Source: Rhizodiscina lignyota (lineage: Eukaryota). Taken from it: a stretch of DNA of 64,000 bases. Under the pieces are notes generated by a model, which was given only the letters and a program-made list of their open reading frames with translations, was not told the DNA's origin and ran no database searches. The translations under genes and the position numbers were made by a program. The DNA is taken from positions 2,790,001 through 2,854,000 of the forward strand of contig ML978121.1 in NCBI GenBank assembly GCA_010015805.1, written 5' to 3'. Below, piece by piece: positions 23,366 to 34,138 of the stretch (its first letter is position 1; each line of letters opens with the position of its first letter).

Positions 23366-24431
23366 ACTAGAAAAGGCCAGACTGTAGTGTTAAGAAATAA
23401 ACAATGAAGTGAATGCCCCAATTTCCAAGGGATATGAGCACTAAGATCGCATGAGATTAGAGAAGGAACTGAATTCGACGAATACGAGCAAGAGAGCTGC
23501 CCCTTGTTTGTCCGTGGTTGTATTTGCCACACTTGACGACGAGAGGCGTTCCTGGAGATTATTAGATCATGAAAGACCAACTGTTCGATCATAGAACCGA
23601 GTGTCTAGTCTCGAAGGTGTTGCAGCGGTTCGGGAGAGACCGCAGTGTCAATAGCTTGTACGCGATGCTCCAATATAAATATGTACAACGGCAGCATTGC
23701 TTTGAGATCGAGACAAAGGTGACCATCATGCCTCTTCTATTGCCTCATCAAATCCATTTAGAACTCAGCGATGGTGTCTCCCCGTCGCTTGCCTCTCATA
23801 TCGTACTTTCCCTATCATCTTGTCAGTGTGACAATTCCCCCTCTGTACAATTGTTCAACTCACATCAGTCACATAGCCGAAATACCCAACCACAAATGGT
23901 ATCGCAGCGACAAATGTCAAGGTCCATGCGGCGGTTCGTGGTGTCCATCGGAAGTACTCGTGACGCTTGACGTACATGTCTGCTCGCCTCGTTAGTTTCG
24001 TTAAGCCTCGAGGGATCAAAGGACAAGCGGACTTGAGTATCTCGACAGCGCCGGATCGGTGGTCAGGGCTGTGGCATAAATTAGCGACTCATACAATGCG
24101 CATAGGTTGGTTTGTGAGAATGAGGTCGTACTCTGGTGTCCGTAGCCCGCCATGGTTGTGGTTGGTGCGCTTCACGCGCGCAGTCACTTGTGGAGATTGT
24201 GATATGACAAATGAGGCCGCAAACTCCGTGTTTAAAGGCAATTGGCGTATCCCGAAGTCGATGATTGAGAGCTCTGAGGTTGAGCTTCATCCCGAATACC
24301 ATGTTGCTTATGTCATCGGCACTGTTCGGAACAAGATTTTCCGAGCGTCCCACAGTCGCAGCAGGATTTCACGACAACCACTCTTACGACTTCGAATCTC
24401 GACAATCCATCTTTCTCGCATATCAGTCACA

Positions 24432-24931
24432 ATGGTACGGCTCACTACAACATGATTTACGAGAATGAGAGTGGCTGACAGGATCTCAGGCACCAGCAAC
24501 AGGTGGCAAGAAGCAAAAGAAGAAGTGGTCGAAGGGCAAAGGTCCGTTCCACTCCGCAAGAAATCGATCACGAAACGATGATTTGATACGACTCATCACA
24601 AGTGGCATCTCTCAATACCGGTACTAACAGAGTTCTTTCATAGTTAAGGACAAGGCCAACCACGCCGTCGTCCTCGACAAGTCCACCGCCGATAAGCTCC
24701 AGAAAGATGTCCAATCCTACAGACTCATCACGGTTGCTGTCCTCGTCGATAGACTGAAGATCAACGGCTCCCTCGCACGAGAAGCACTCGCAGATTTGGA
24801 GGAGAAGGGCGTGATCAAGCCGGTAGTGAAGCACAGCAAGTTGCAGGTCTACAGTGAGTACCCTGGGTCGAAATATCACAATCTAAGGCTAATTCTCGTG
24901 CCCAGCGAGAGCGGTTGGTGGTACTGATTAA
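24432..24931 (+). CDS. RPS25: 40S ribosomal protein S25 (eS25)
   Basis: First coding exon is the ATG alone (24432-24434). Spliced product [84 protein letters not shown]. Not in the ORF track. Confidence 0.96.
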
Positions 24932-25126
24932 ACGGAATGGCATGAATTCGGGTGGAAAATTCAAACGAGTTTAAGATGCATTCCGGGTCCCCAAATCGTC
25001 CTACGAAGACATCAAATCATACATGCATGGGTCATGGTTGATAGGCGCTGTTGTACATCGGGATCAATGACATTCGTCGCGGCATAATCGCTTCGTCAAC
25101 TCATTTGAAGACTTGGTATCTCCAAA

Positions 25127-26046
25127 CTAGCCAGCGCCTTTCTCCATGTCCTTCCTTTGCGGCCGACTCTTCTGTGCATGCTCGCATAATTCTCGTCGAG
25201 GGAGCTTATCCATCCAACCTTCCTCTCGGACGATCTCTCCAACCTTGAAATATGGCTTGCCCTTTTCGCCTCGAAACAGCATGGCCCATCCTTCAATTGT
25301 AGCTTGCACCTTCTTCCTTCCCTCTCTTAACTCCTTCTCCCGCCGTATTTTTAGCTCAGACTTCTTCACACCAGTTCTACCGCCTGCCCGCTTTAGCTCG
25401 TCACCTGTTTCCACTTCTGCCGATGGCGCTGCAGTGGGATCGGAATCATCGTCTATGGGAACGAACATTTCTTCGACGCCGCGTAGGTCGGGGGTCTGGT
25501 CTTCTGCGAAGCACCCAGTCACGAAGGCGCGCGCTGCGTCGCGCCCAGCAAAGAAGTGATATCCTCCACCGGGGCCATAACTACAGCAGAACCAGACATT
25601 AGTATCTTCCCTCAGTCTTAGACATTATAATGGTGCACATACACTCTTGCCCCGGCTGTGACATCGTATATACTCCCATTTAGCCCCACGTAAATCGGCC
25701 TCCCCTCTATGCTGCCATCATACCCCTTGAGCTCCTCGTCCGTCAGCAGTACCGGTCCTCTCAGCCACGCCATCACATGCTGTGGCTTGGAGAACCATGG
25801 CCGCCAACCCCATGTTATGCTCTCTTGTGTGACGAAATAGCTTAGCGCCGACGATAGGAGGAGGAGTCCGCCAAGTATGCGAATGACATCTAAGACACCA
25901 AATCCTCCCACGTTGGACTTCTCTCCTGCACTTGTGCTGCTATGCTTCGATTCTGTCTCGGACGATGTTCTGTCTGACTCTGAGGGTGGAGTTCCTTGAA
26001 CTCCTTGTCCGCCTTTCCTTTGTCGGGCTGAGGAACTTTCAGACAT
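25127..26046 (-). CDS. Cytochrome b5-like heme/steroid-binding (MAPR, neuferricin-like) membrane protein
   Basis: One TM helix, then LTDEELKGYDGS..PIYVGLNGSIYDVT; after one intron (~25582-25641), YGPGGGYHFFAGRDAARAFVTGCF. Confidence 0.9.
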
Positions 26047-26554
26047 TCGAAGAGGATATATTCTTGAATTGGAGCTGTAACTATTGCACCAATCGTAGCA
26101 AGAGCTATGCGTGTCAGCAGGCTTCAAAATGTCGTTCGAGATTCTCTTACTGGCTGCTACAAAGATCTTTCTGTTGAACCAAGGACGCATTCGAATGGGT
26201 GTGCAAGGAAGTTGAGCCAGACCTGTCTTCCTGGCATCAGATTTATTGGAGAATAGTGAACAAGTGAAAAGAGAACATAGAGCGAGTTACGGAGTATGAG
26301 ACGTCAAAAGGTGCTCAACTATTTGGAGCTCGGAGCTCCCATTGGCCTTGGCGGCCGGACCCACAGGAATTGTGACACCACAGACACCACTCTTTGACTA
26401 CAATCTAATAATATCAAGCATATACAACATTTCGGCGCCTGCAATCTTCAGTCCTGCAGGTCCTATTGGATTGTATCTTCTGTATTGTGGGGAGAATCCA
26501 AGACTTGAGGATGCAAGTGTTTTCAAGCAGTGAGGCTTGGAGCCTCTCTGTTAC

Positions 26555-26773
26555 ATAGTTGAGCACGATTCATTGAACACTCGTAGTAATGGCAAGTTTT
26601 GTTCTTCAGCGCAGGCGAGAGCATCTCTGAAGGCTCGATTTAATGTATACCAGATAGTATTTATCTAAAGTACACAGCTTTAGTGTGTATAATCTATATT
26701 GACGGAGGAGTATATACATCTTCGCGCTGAGATGTATTACAGCCACGACTCAACTTTTTTGTCACCCAGTTGG
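26555..26773 (+). mobile_element. MITE family 1, copy B (left TIR truncated)
   Basis: Right TIR GACTCAACTTTTTTGTCACCCAGTTGG followed by TA. The left end retains only ATAGTTGAGC. Core aligns by eye with copy D. Confidence 0.8.
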
Positions 26774-27243
26774 TATCTTTCCTCTACGATAATATCACGG
26801 AAGACCCCGATTACTTGAGCGAGCATTTCCTCTCTTCTTTCACTGCTCTACCTAACGTTCATTCCCCACATTCGGCAATTCCAGTTGTGGGCATCGGTGA
26901 ATGGTAGGAACCCTGAGACAATTGCCGGTGTTCTTGACCGAGCCCTAAGCCGCGCATCTAGAACGATGCTTGGTATCCAGTCAACCACCGGGGTCATTTC
27001 CTTTACAGTCCCTTCGAAGATTTTTAGGCCCGAACCATGTGCCGGTGGGGTACAGGGACGGGCCACGTTTCGAACTGGGTTAAGCAGTCTGGGGCCCCGG
27101 ATTGTCTTTCCTTGGTACGAGGTAAACCAAGGCTCCGAGAATCAGTCTGCAATCATGCATAAATGATTGCCGCTTCCACGTCATGGATGCAACAGCTCAC
27201 GATAGCCTTTGCAGTGACCGTCTCCAAAGTCAATTAAATCAAG

Positions 27244-28980
27244 ATGGAGGAGAAATACAACACCAGGGTGAGAATATCGATGTCGCCAGCCATGCTACAG
27301 GTTCTGACAGCTACCAATTATAGGAGATCCGCGAGATCGAGCAGGAGCTCCACATTGAGATTTTACCCGGCACAGAAATCATGGCCGATATTGGATCTCA
27401 CCACTTCGTCAAGTCCGGGGACAGATCTCACAAGGTTCTTGTACCCCAGCCTTCAGAGGACAAGCACGATCCTCTCAATTGGAGCTTCAAGTGGAAGATT
27501 GCAGCGATCATAGCGGCGCATTCAGTTACCTTCACCCAGGGCTTTGGTCCATTGTCGCTGGCCCCAATGTTTCCAGATTACATCGAAGCCTTTCATACTA
27601 CCTTACCATCGGCCGTCCAATTCACCGGTGTCGCTATCCTAGTCCTCGGTTTCAGCAACTTTCTGTGGGTTCCTATCAGCACTTCGTTCGGTCGTCGGCC
27701 CGTCTACATTTTCTCGCAACTTATTTGCTTCGCTTCTTGCATCTGGAGAGCGAAGGCAAATTCTTATGGAAGCTTCATGGGTGCATGCGTTCTAAATGGA
27801 ATTGGTGCTGGCCCAGCCGAGACCATCCAACCAGCTGTCATCGCAGACATATTCTTCCTCCACGATCGAGGCAAATGGAACACGCTATACTGGGTAGTCT
27901 ATATGGGCTCGCTAATGGTTGCCCCTATTATTTCCGGTCCAATGTCGGCACACGTTGGCTGGCGTAATTTTTGGTATCTCAATGTCGGTATAATAGGCCT
28001 CTCTCTCCTCCTGGTTGTCTTCTGTTTCCCAGAGACGAAGTGGGATCGAGCTACTCCTAGGAATGGTCCATCGGTGGCACCACAGGGAGTGGTGGAGGAT
28101 GAAAAGGGAGAGACAATGGCCACTGAAGCTCAGCTCCAACAGGTCGAGACCGCACACAGAGATCCTTGGCTTGGAAAGGGCTACCCAAGCAAGATGCAAT
28201 GGTTCATCTTTCAACCCAACGCGCACCCTTTCAAGTCCATTGCTCTGGACTTATGGGTCCCGTGGAAACTTATGATTTTCCCGATTGTCCAGTTCGCCAG
28301 TTTTGTGGTGAGCTGGTCTTGCAGCTCCTTTCTCACTCTGAACTTGACCCAATCGCAAGTTTTCGCCGCTCCACCGTATAACTACTCGAGTCAGAACATC
28401 GGTGCGTATTGACAAGAACATCTTCCATTAGATCTGGCTAACATCTTTTGAAGGCTTTATGAACTTTGCTATCCTCGTTGGTGCGTTCATCGGTCTAGCA
28501 ACCGCAGGTCCTCTCAGTGACTGGGTCTCTATGCGAGCTACAATCAGAAATGGTGGCATCCGCGAGCCCGAGATGCGCTTACCGGCTATGATCCCATATG
28601 TTATCATCATGTACCTTGGGAATATCATCGTCTCCGTCGGCTACCAGAACCACTGGCCATGGGAAGCTATCGTTATCATCGGGTTCGCCTGTGCTGGCAT
28701 TCAAGTAGCCGCCTTGCCCTCAATTGTCAGCACCTATGCCGTCGATTCTTACAAGCCTGTAGCCGGAAGTCTGTTCGTTAGCATGACTGTAAATAAAAAT
28801 GTGTGGGGGTATGGGTTCAGTAAGTTCATAACGAACTGGGCGGAAGAAGCTGGGTTCATTCCTCCAATCATGACGAATGCCTCGTTGATCTTGCTCTGGT
28901 GCTTGTTTGGCATCCTCTTCTATTTCAAGGGCAAGACGTTTAGAAGGTGGAGCAAGAACAGCAGTGTTCACAGAATGTGA
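27244..28980 (+). CDS. Major facilitator superfamily transporter (DHA1/HOL1-like)
   Basis: Exons 27244-27267, 27324-28401, 28454-28980; LVPQPSEDKHDPLNWS, FGRRP, DIFFLHDRG, FPETKW, GIREPEMRL; multiple TM helices. Confidence 0.92.
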
Positions 28981-29272
28981 GATATGGGAGTCGGGGTGTT
29001 ATATGATTTTCGTATTCACGTTGGTGTGTATACACAACATCCGCTTTGGCGAAATTCGAGGTTCTAGCCTTGCGAGATCCCGGACAGTATCCGTTTCCAT
29101 GCTATATAATAAAGAATTGAGGTGTCAATGAGATAATCAAATCTGTTGGACTTGTCAAATAGTGTTGTGGTGGAGTGCCAAACCACGCAGTGCAGACCTC
29201 CTGGTCATGCTCGGGGGTTATTGCCGTTTTTGGTTTAGCGCCCTTTTACTCTAGGTTTAGGACTTGAGGATA

Positions 29273-29511
29273 CTCAGTAGGTGACAAAATAGTTGAGTCG
29301 TGGCTACAATATATAGAACTATGAGGATGTATATCCTTAATAGTTAATATAGTTATATAAGCTGAAGCTGTGTGGTTTAGATAAACGAACTCTAGTGTAT
29401 AACTTATCGATCTTCTAGAGATGCTCTCGCTAGCGTTGAAGAGGAAACCTCACTTCTGCTGAACACGTTCAAGCTTCACAAGACTCAACTATTTCGTCAT
29501 CCTCGTGCAAG
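29273..29511 (-). mobile_element. MITE family 1, copy C (inverted orientation)
   Basis: TA-CTCAGTAGGTGACAAAATAGTTGAGTC ... GACTCAACTATTTCGTCATCCTCGTGCAAG-TA. Its reverse complement matches the core of copy A (e.g. AGGTTTCCTCTTCAACGCTAGCGA; TAGAGTTCGTTTATCTAAA). Confidence 0.87.
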
Positions 29512-30031
29512 TAGATACTAGAGTCACCAGAGCTGTCACTATTTGAAATAGACAGCGACAATAGCATACTACCACATGTGTACAGGCGGGACGATTGGGA
29601 TGATGAGCCCGATGTTTCGTCTTTACGCCCTTTAAAAATTGTGCTAGTGAGCCTTTTCACGAGCAAGACGAAAACTGTTAGTTTTGTGCGCAACACAGAC
29701 TCTCGCGAAGCCCCAAAGTGGAGATATAAGATTACATAGAGATAAACGAGCAAGACAATAACTCTGTGACGCAAGATTTGAGCAATTTGTCGGAGGATGT
29801 TAGCCACGCCCGTTGCTCGTATATATTCCACACTTCCTACAGAGAGAGCTTCTTTCCTCACTCAACATTTTTCAATTGTGGTCAAAACGATGAGCGCAAA
29901 CTACAAAAGATTGTTCTACAAATATTGAGGGTGTAGATGGTAGTCTTGACTCTGGGGTGCTGATGCATTTCGATAAATCTTCCGCACCTCTATCTCTATT
30001 TTTAGACGTTTGCACATGCGCATCAGACGTA

Positions 30032-30269
30032 GGCACGCGGGTGACAAAAATAGTTGAGCCGGCTTTAACTGAACTGCTGTAATAAGTACAAGTTTTATTC
30101 TTTAGTAGGAGCGAGAGCATCTCTAAAAGCTCGATTGAATATATACTAGAGCGCATTTATCTAAAACACACAGCGTTAGTGTGTATAATCTATATTAACT
30201 AGCGAGGGTATACATCTTCGCGTTTCGATACATTGCAGCTACGACTGAACTTTTTTATCACCCACTTGG
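30032..30269 (+). mobile_element. MITE family 1, copy D
   Basis: TA-GGCACGCGGGTGACAAAAATAGTTGAGCC ... GACTGAACTTTTTTATCACCCACTTGG-TA. Core matches copy B. Confidence 0.87.
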
Positions 30270-30307
30270 TAGGTCAGACTCCATGTCGCGTGTTGAACAT
30301 AAAGCCG

Positions 30308-31559
30308 TCAGTACGAATGTTGCCTCTCTTGTTCGGGCATCCGCAACACTTGGCCAGCATATTCCCATGCTATCATATCAGTAAAGATATCTGTGGAATC
30401 TGTACTGAGAATTTGGCATCGCGACTCGTCGTTGCGAATGTCTGAACCTTGACACGATTCATAGCCAGACCCTGGAAAAGGGATTGGTTCTATGTACCCC
30501 TCCGTTACTGCTCTGCCAGGATCCATAACGTCGATTAGCGCAACTAGGGCACTGCCGGTCGTATGAACTGCGGGAATTCGTTGGAATGACGCTATTGGTA
30601 CCCTTGGTATTGTGGCAGGACCAGCAGAGCCCAAAGGTTCTGCAGTGCTTGTAGGATGGCGCGAGACTGCTAGAGTCGTGGATGAAGGAGGCTTAGTCCA
30701 TGTACTAGTTCCTCCACTAGTATCGTTGCTCTCGACCGATTCACGGAATCCATAAGGCACTTCCGAAAAGGAAGCGCCGTCCAGTCTCATTGCAACTGAG
30801 TATTGCTTCAGTTCCCTGGAATATATTTCCGCATCACGGTAGTTTCGGTCATTGTTTAGTTGGATTCGAGGGAGCTGCGCCTGATCGCAATCTATACTGT
30901 ATATCAGAATCCAGTACACATCTTCGCTTCACAGATCACTATTGGTACTTACAGGGATCGGGGGCGGAGTTTTCGAACGGGGAACATATTCTGTAGACAT
31001 GCTTCCAATAGTCGCCTTCGTCTTTCGGAATGCCTTTCCTCGATTTGAGTCGTGCATACTGCTCGTCGTCAAGACCGTCGATCAGTGGTCTGTCGCGTTC
31101 CGAGCAGATGTTGGAGCTGGGTACTTTGAGATGTTCAAGGCGATCGTTGTCATCTCTGAACTCTTTCCAACAGCGCGGACACGGGAAAGATCTATGGCGT
31201 CGGTACAAATGGCCTCTGTCTCGAATTAGCACAACGGTAGATCAGAGCGCATAAAAAGATATTCACTTCAGGCGGTGAACAGAAGGGAAACCCGGAAATA
31301 GACAAGATCTCCATTGGCCGCCGCAATATTTGGAGGGATCTCGCTTGTGATAGGGACAGGCAAACTTCCGAGGAGGCTTTGAGCAACTTTCAGACGTGGC
31401 TTCTTTACACTTTATTCGTAGATGTGTGTCGCTATTGTCACTCTCGTCCGAAGCTCGGCATTGATGAGAATAATCTTTAGTACACCGCCTCCTTTTCTTT
31501 GGCCGCGGTTCGGAGTCGTGTGTACTATGAGTGGATGACTCCAGAGGTTGGGCACTCAT
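30308..31559 (-). CDS. Fungal C2H2-type zinc-finger domain protein
   Basis: Spliced FACPYHKRDPSKY..CLFPGFPSVHRLK|GHLYRRH..CPRCWKEF..RLEHL..YWKHVYRI; NLS-like PKKRRR. Introns 31216-31266 and ~30892-30952. Confidence 0.75.
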
Positions 31560-34138
31560 ATTCCTCGTCAGGGCCGTCGTGCTCCAGAGAATACAAACTT
31601 CTTCGTCGATTATATCAGAAATTCTGCGATTGGATTCGTGTTCGATGCTCGGGTTGGAGTGTCTTTTGTTGTTTGGAAGGATTTTGGGTGTCTCTCTGAG
31701 TGCTTCTGGTCTATCAATATCAAACTTGTGTAGAACGAGTAGTAAAACTCATAGAACAAACGCAGAGGGGTTAATGTTATGATATAGCCATGAATATGTT
31801 GGATGTTAGATAGAAATTGGTAAGTATTAACGAGACGGGCCAAAGAGACGAGAGGCAAAGCGCGAGGTTCCCCGCAGATAATGTGATCCGGACGCATCTT
31901 CTAAGCCAGGAACGCCAGGAGGGCATGGGTAGTGCCGGCGCATATCATCAAAGCCGGGCCGGGGTTGCTGTTAGAGCCTCAAATTTATCCAAGAAATAGA
32001 GTCAACTCGCCGCAGTGCATTGTCATCATATGCCTTTCCTCTGAACGGTCTGAGTCATCTGCCATATAAGCAGCTGAACCATTGTGAGTGCTACTGATGG
32101 CCTCCACAAGGCTAGGGCTGTTCGTACAGGTCCAGGGACAACTCTGTGCCATCGTCATGTCTGTAGAGAGGAGAGCACTTAAGAGGTGCATAACCAAGTG
32201 GCGGTGACATAGTCGGGGCGTGATCCATTTCGGATCATGTCTATTTTCGACAGAGCCAGTGGTGATGGGGTGGCAGAGACCGACAGTGGCGGAGATCATC
32301 TGTGAGACAGATGCGCCGACCCACATCATGCCCGTCTTCCTCACCGACAGGTGAAGCTTATTTTGACGTGTTCATTGGTAACCTAAAGATCAGAACGTCC
32401 TCGACGTTGGTAGGAAATGGGCTCATTCGTGGGCAGTGGCTCCTTTCTGCCGAGCAGTGTGGCCGGAAAGGGGAACGTTGTGTACAGCAGTCACAGTCCG
32501 TCCACCGTCCTGTCCACGACGCCCCGTCACCATCGTTTGAGCAATATACCTAACTTTGGATGGAAGAACAGCAAGACAGCCTACCTAGGTGTGTCTTGCA
32601 GATGTCTTCGGTTAGCCTCTAATCCTTCGTCACGAGGGCAGCAAGGCTGAAGTCCTAAAGTAGAGGTGACAGAATTAGAATCCAGAAACATGGCAGAACC
32701 AGTCCACTCACAAGATCAGGAAGTAAGCGATCCATGCAGGCCAACTGCAGCTTGGAAATGGCTTATTGGACGATTTTTGAGAAACGTTCTGGAAGGTGAC
32801 GAGGCTACGTGCAGCAAATAGGGTCGTCGTTTGAGCGGCCGCTCAGGCGGTGAAAGGGGGCTTCTACGCGAGCATACCGCGTTTTCGGATAGAGCCAGAG
32901 ACCCTACTGGACGACGACGGTCCCAGCGCCCATGGCTTCCTTGGGAATGTTCAAGCAACAGCGGTGAGGCTGAAGAGTTGATGTTGGAATGAAGCAATGC
33001 GTAGTCAGACGAGCCGAGTCCCGAAGCGGGTTTGTGGCTTGCGCTAAATTTGCTTGCCAAAGTGAGTGAGGGAAACTCATCATACCAGAACTCTACGAAA
33101 TTATACCGAATCGTATTCTCTGATTCGACGGTCACGGAGATAATCCGAGAGTGCTCAGACTGTTGCTATTTTCTGTCAATTTCCTTATCGAGGAATGATG
33201 CTGCCTATCGCGAAGAGTTCTGCGCATCGAGGCATTTCGAAGTGCTCTTGCGGGAAGGCAAGGGAAAACGCGCAATTAAGTTGAGCAATTGAACATTTGA
33301 GGAATACGGTCACCAAAATTGGTAACTGTATCTGCATCGATACTAGATGATGTCTTCATAGCATCCTTCCCTTATATATATTACATTCGTTAGAGACCTC
33401 TAATATTATTCATGACTCTGGAGCCAGCTCAATCGAAAAATGATTCCATCCTCTTCCCAAACATCTACAGCGAATGACAAGACTTCAGACCAGTATGATG
33501 CAATCCTTATGCACACTCTACTGAAATGTTAATGCTTCTTCAGCGCTTCAGACAATATCCCGCCCATGCTTGCAAAATATCTCACAGCTCCTCCGACGAT
33601 CACGGAACGAATAGCTTCATCTGTTGCCGCTCAACAGCACGATAGAGATGAGAAAGGTCGAGAGTCACAGAAGTGTTGTTCAGAATGCAGGGTCGGTCGA
33701 TCATCGGAGACAGGTGGAGGAGAAGTAAAGCAAGAGGCTGGAAAAGAGAGAGGCCAGGAAGACGGGATGATGTTGGAATTAAGAGAAATGACTTGCAAGT
33801 TAGAAAAATAATGTGTTCTGAGTATGGTAGGCGTTCTGCTAGTTGTCCTCCGATACCCCTGATTGAAAATTTTACATTCTCTTGTCCAGTCCGAATTGAC
33901 TCACGAGATATCAGAAGATAAATTTCCAGAAAATTTGAAAACAGTCGTACTTTTTACAGCGTTAAGGCTAGTTGGGTATCAGTATCGGATCCAGCCAAAC
34001 AAGACTCGTCATTAAAAACCCAAAACCGCCAAATGCTGCAGCTTGAAGCTGCGGTTCATACAAGAAAAATACATCAAGAACCAAAGGTTGCTCGAAAATC
34101 GAACGACAAAAACGTGAACGCTTGACCAATCTACAACT

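Noticed and set aside
24542..24643. Intronic C/D snoRNA in RPS25 intron 2
   Set aside because: No proper RTGATGA plus CTGA box pair.
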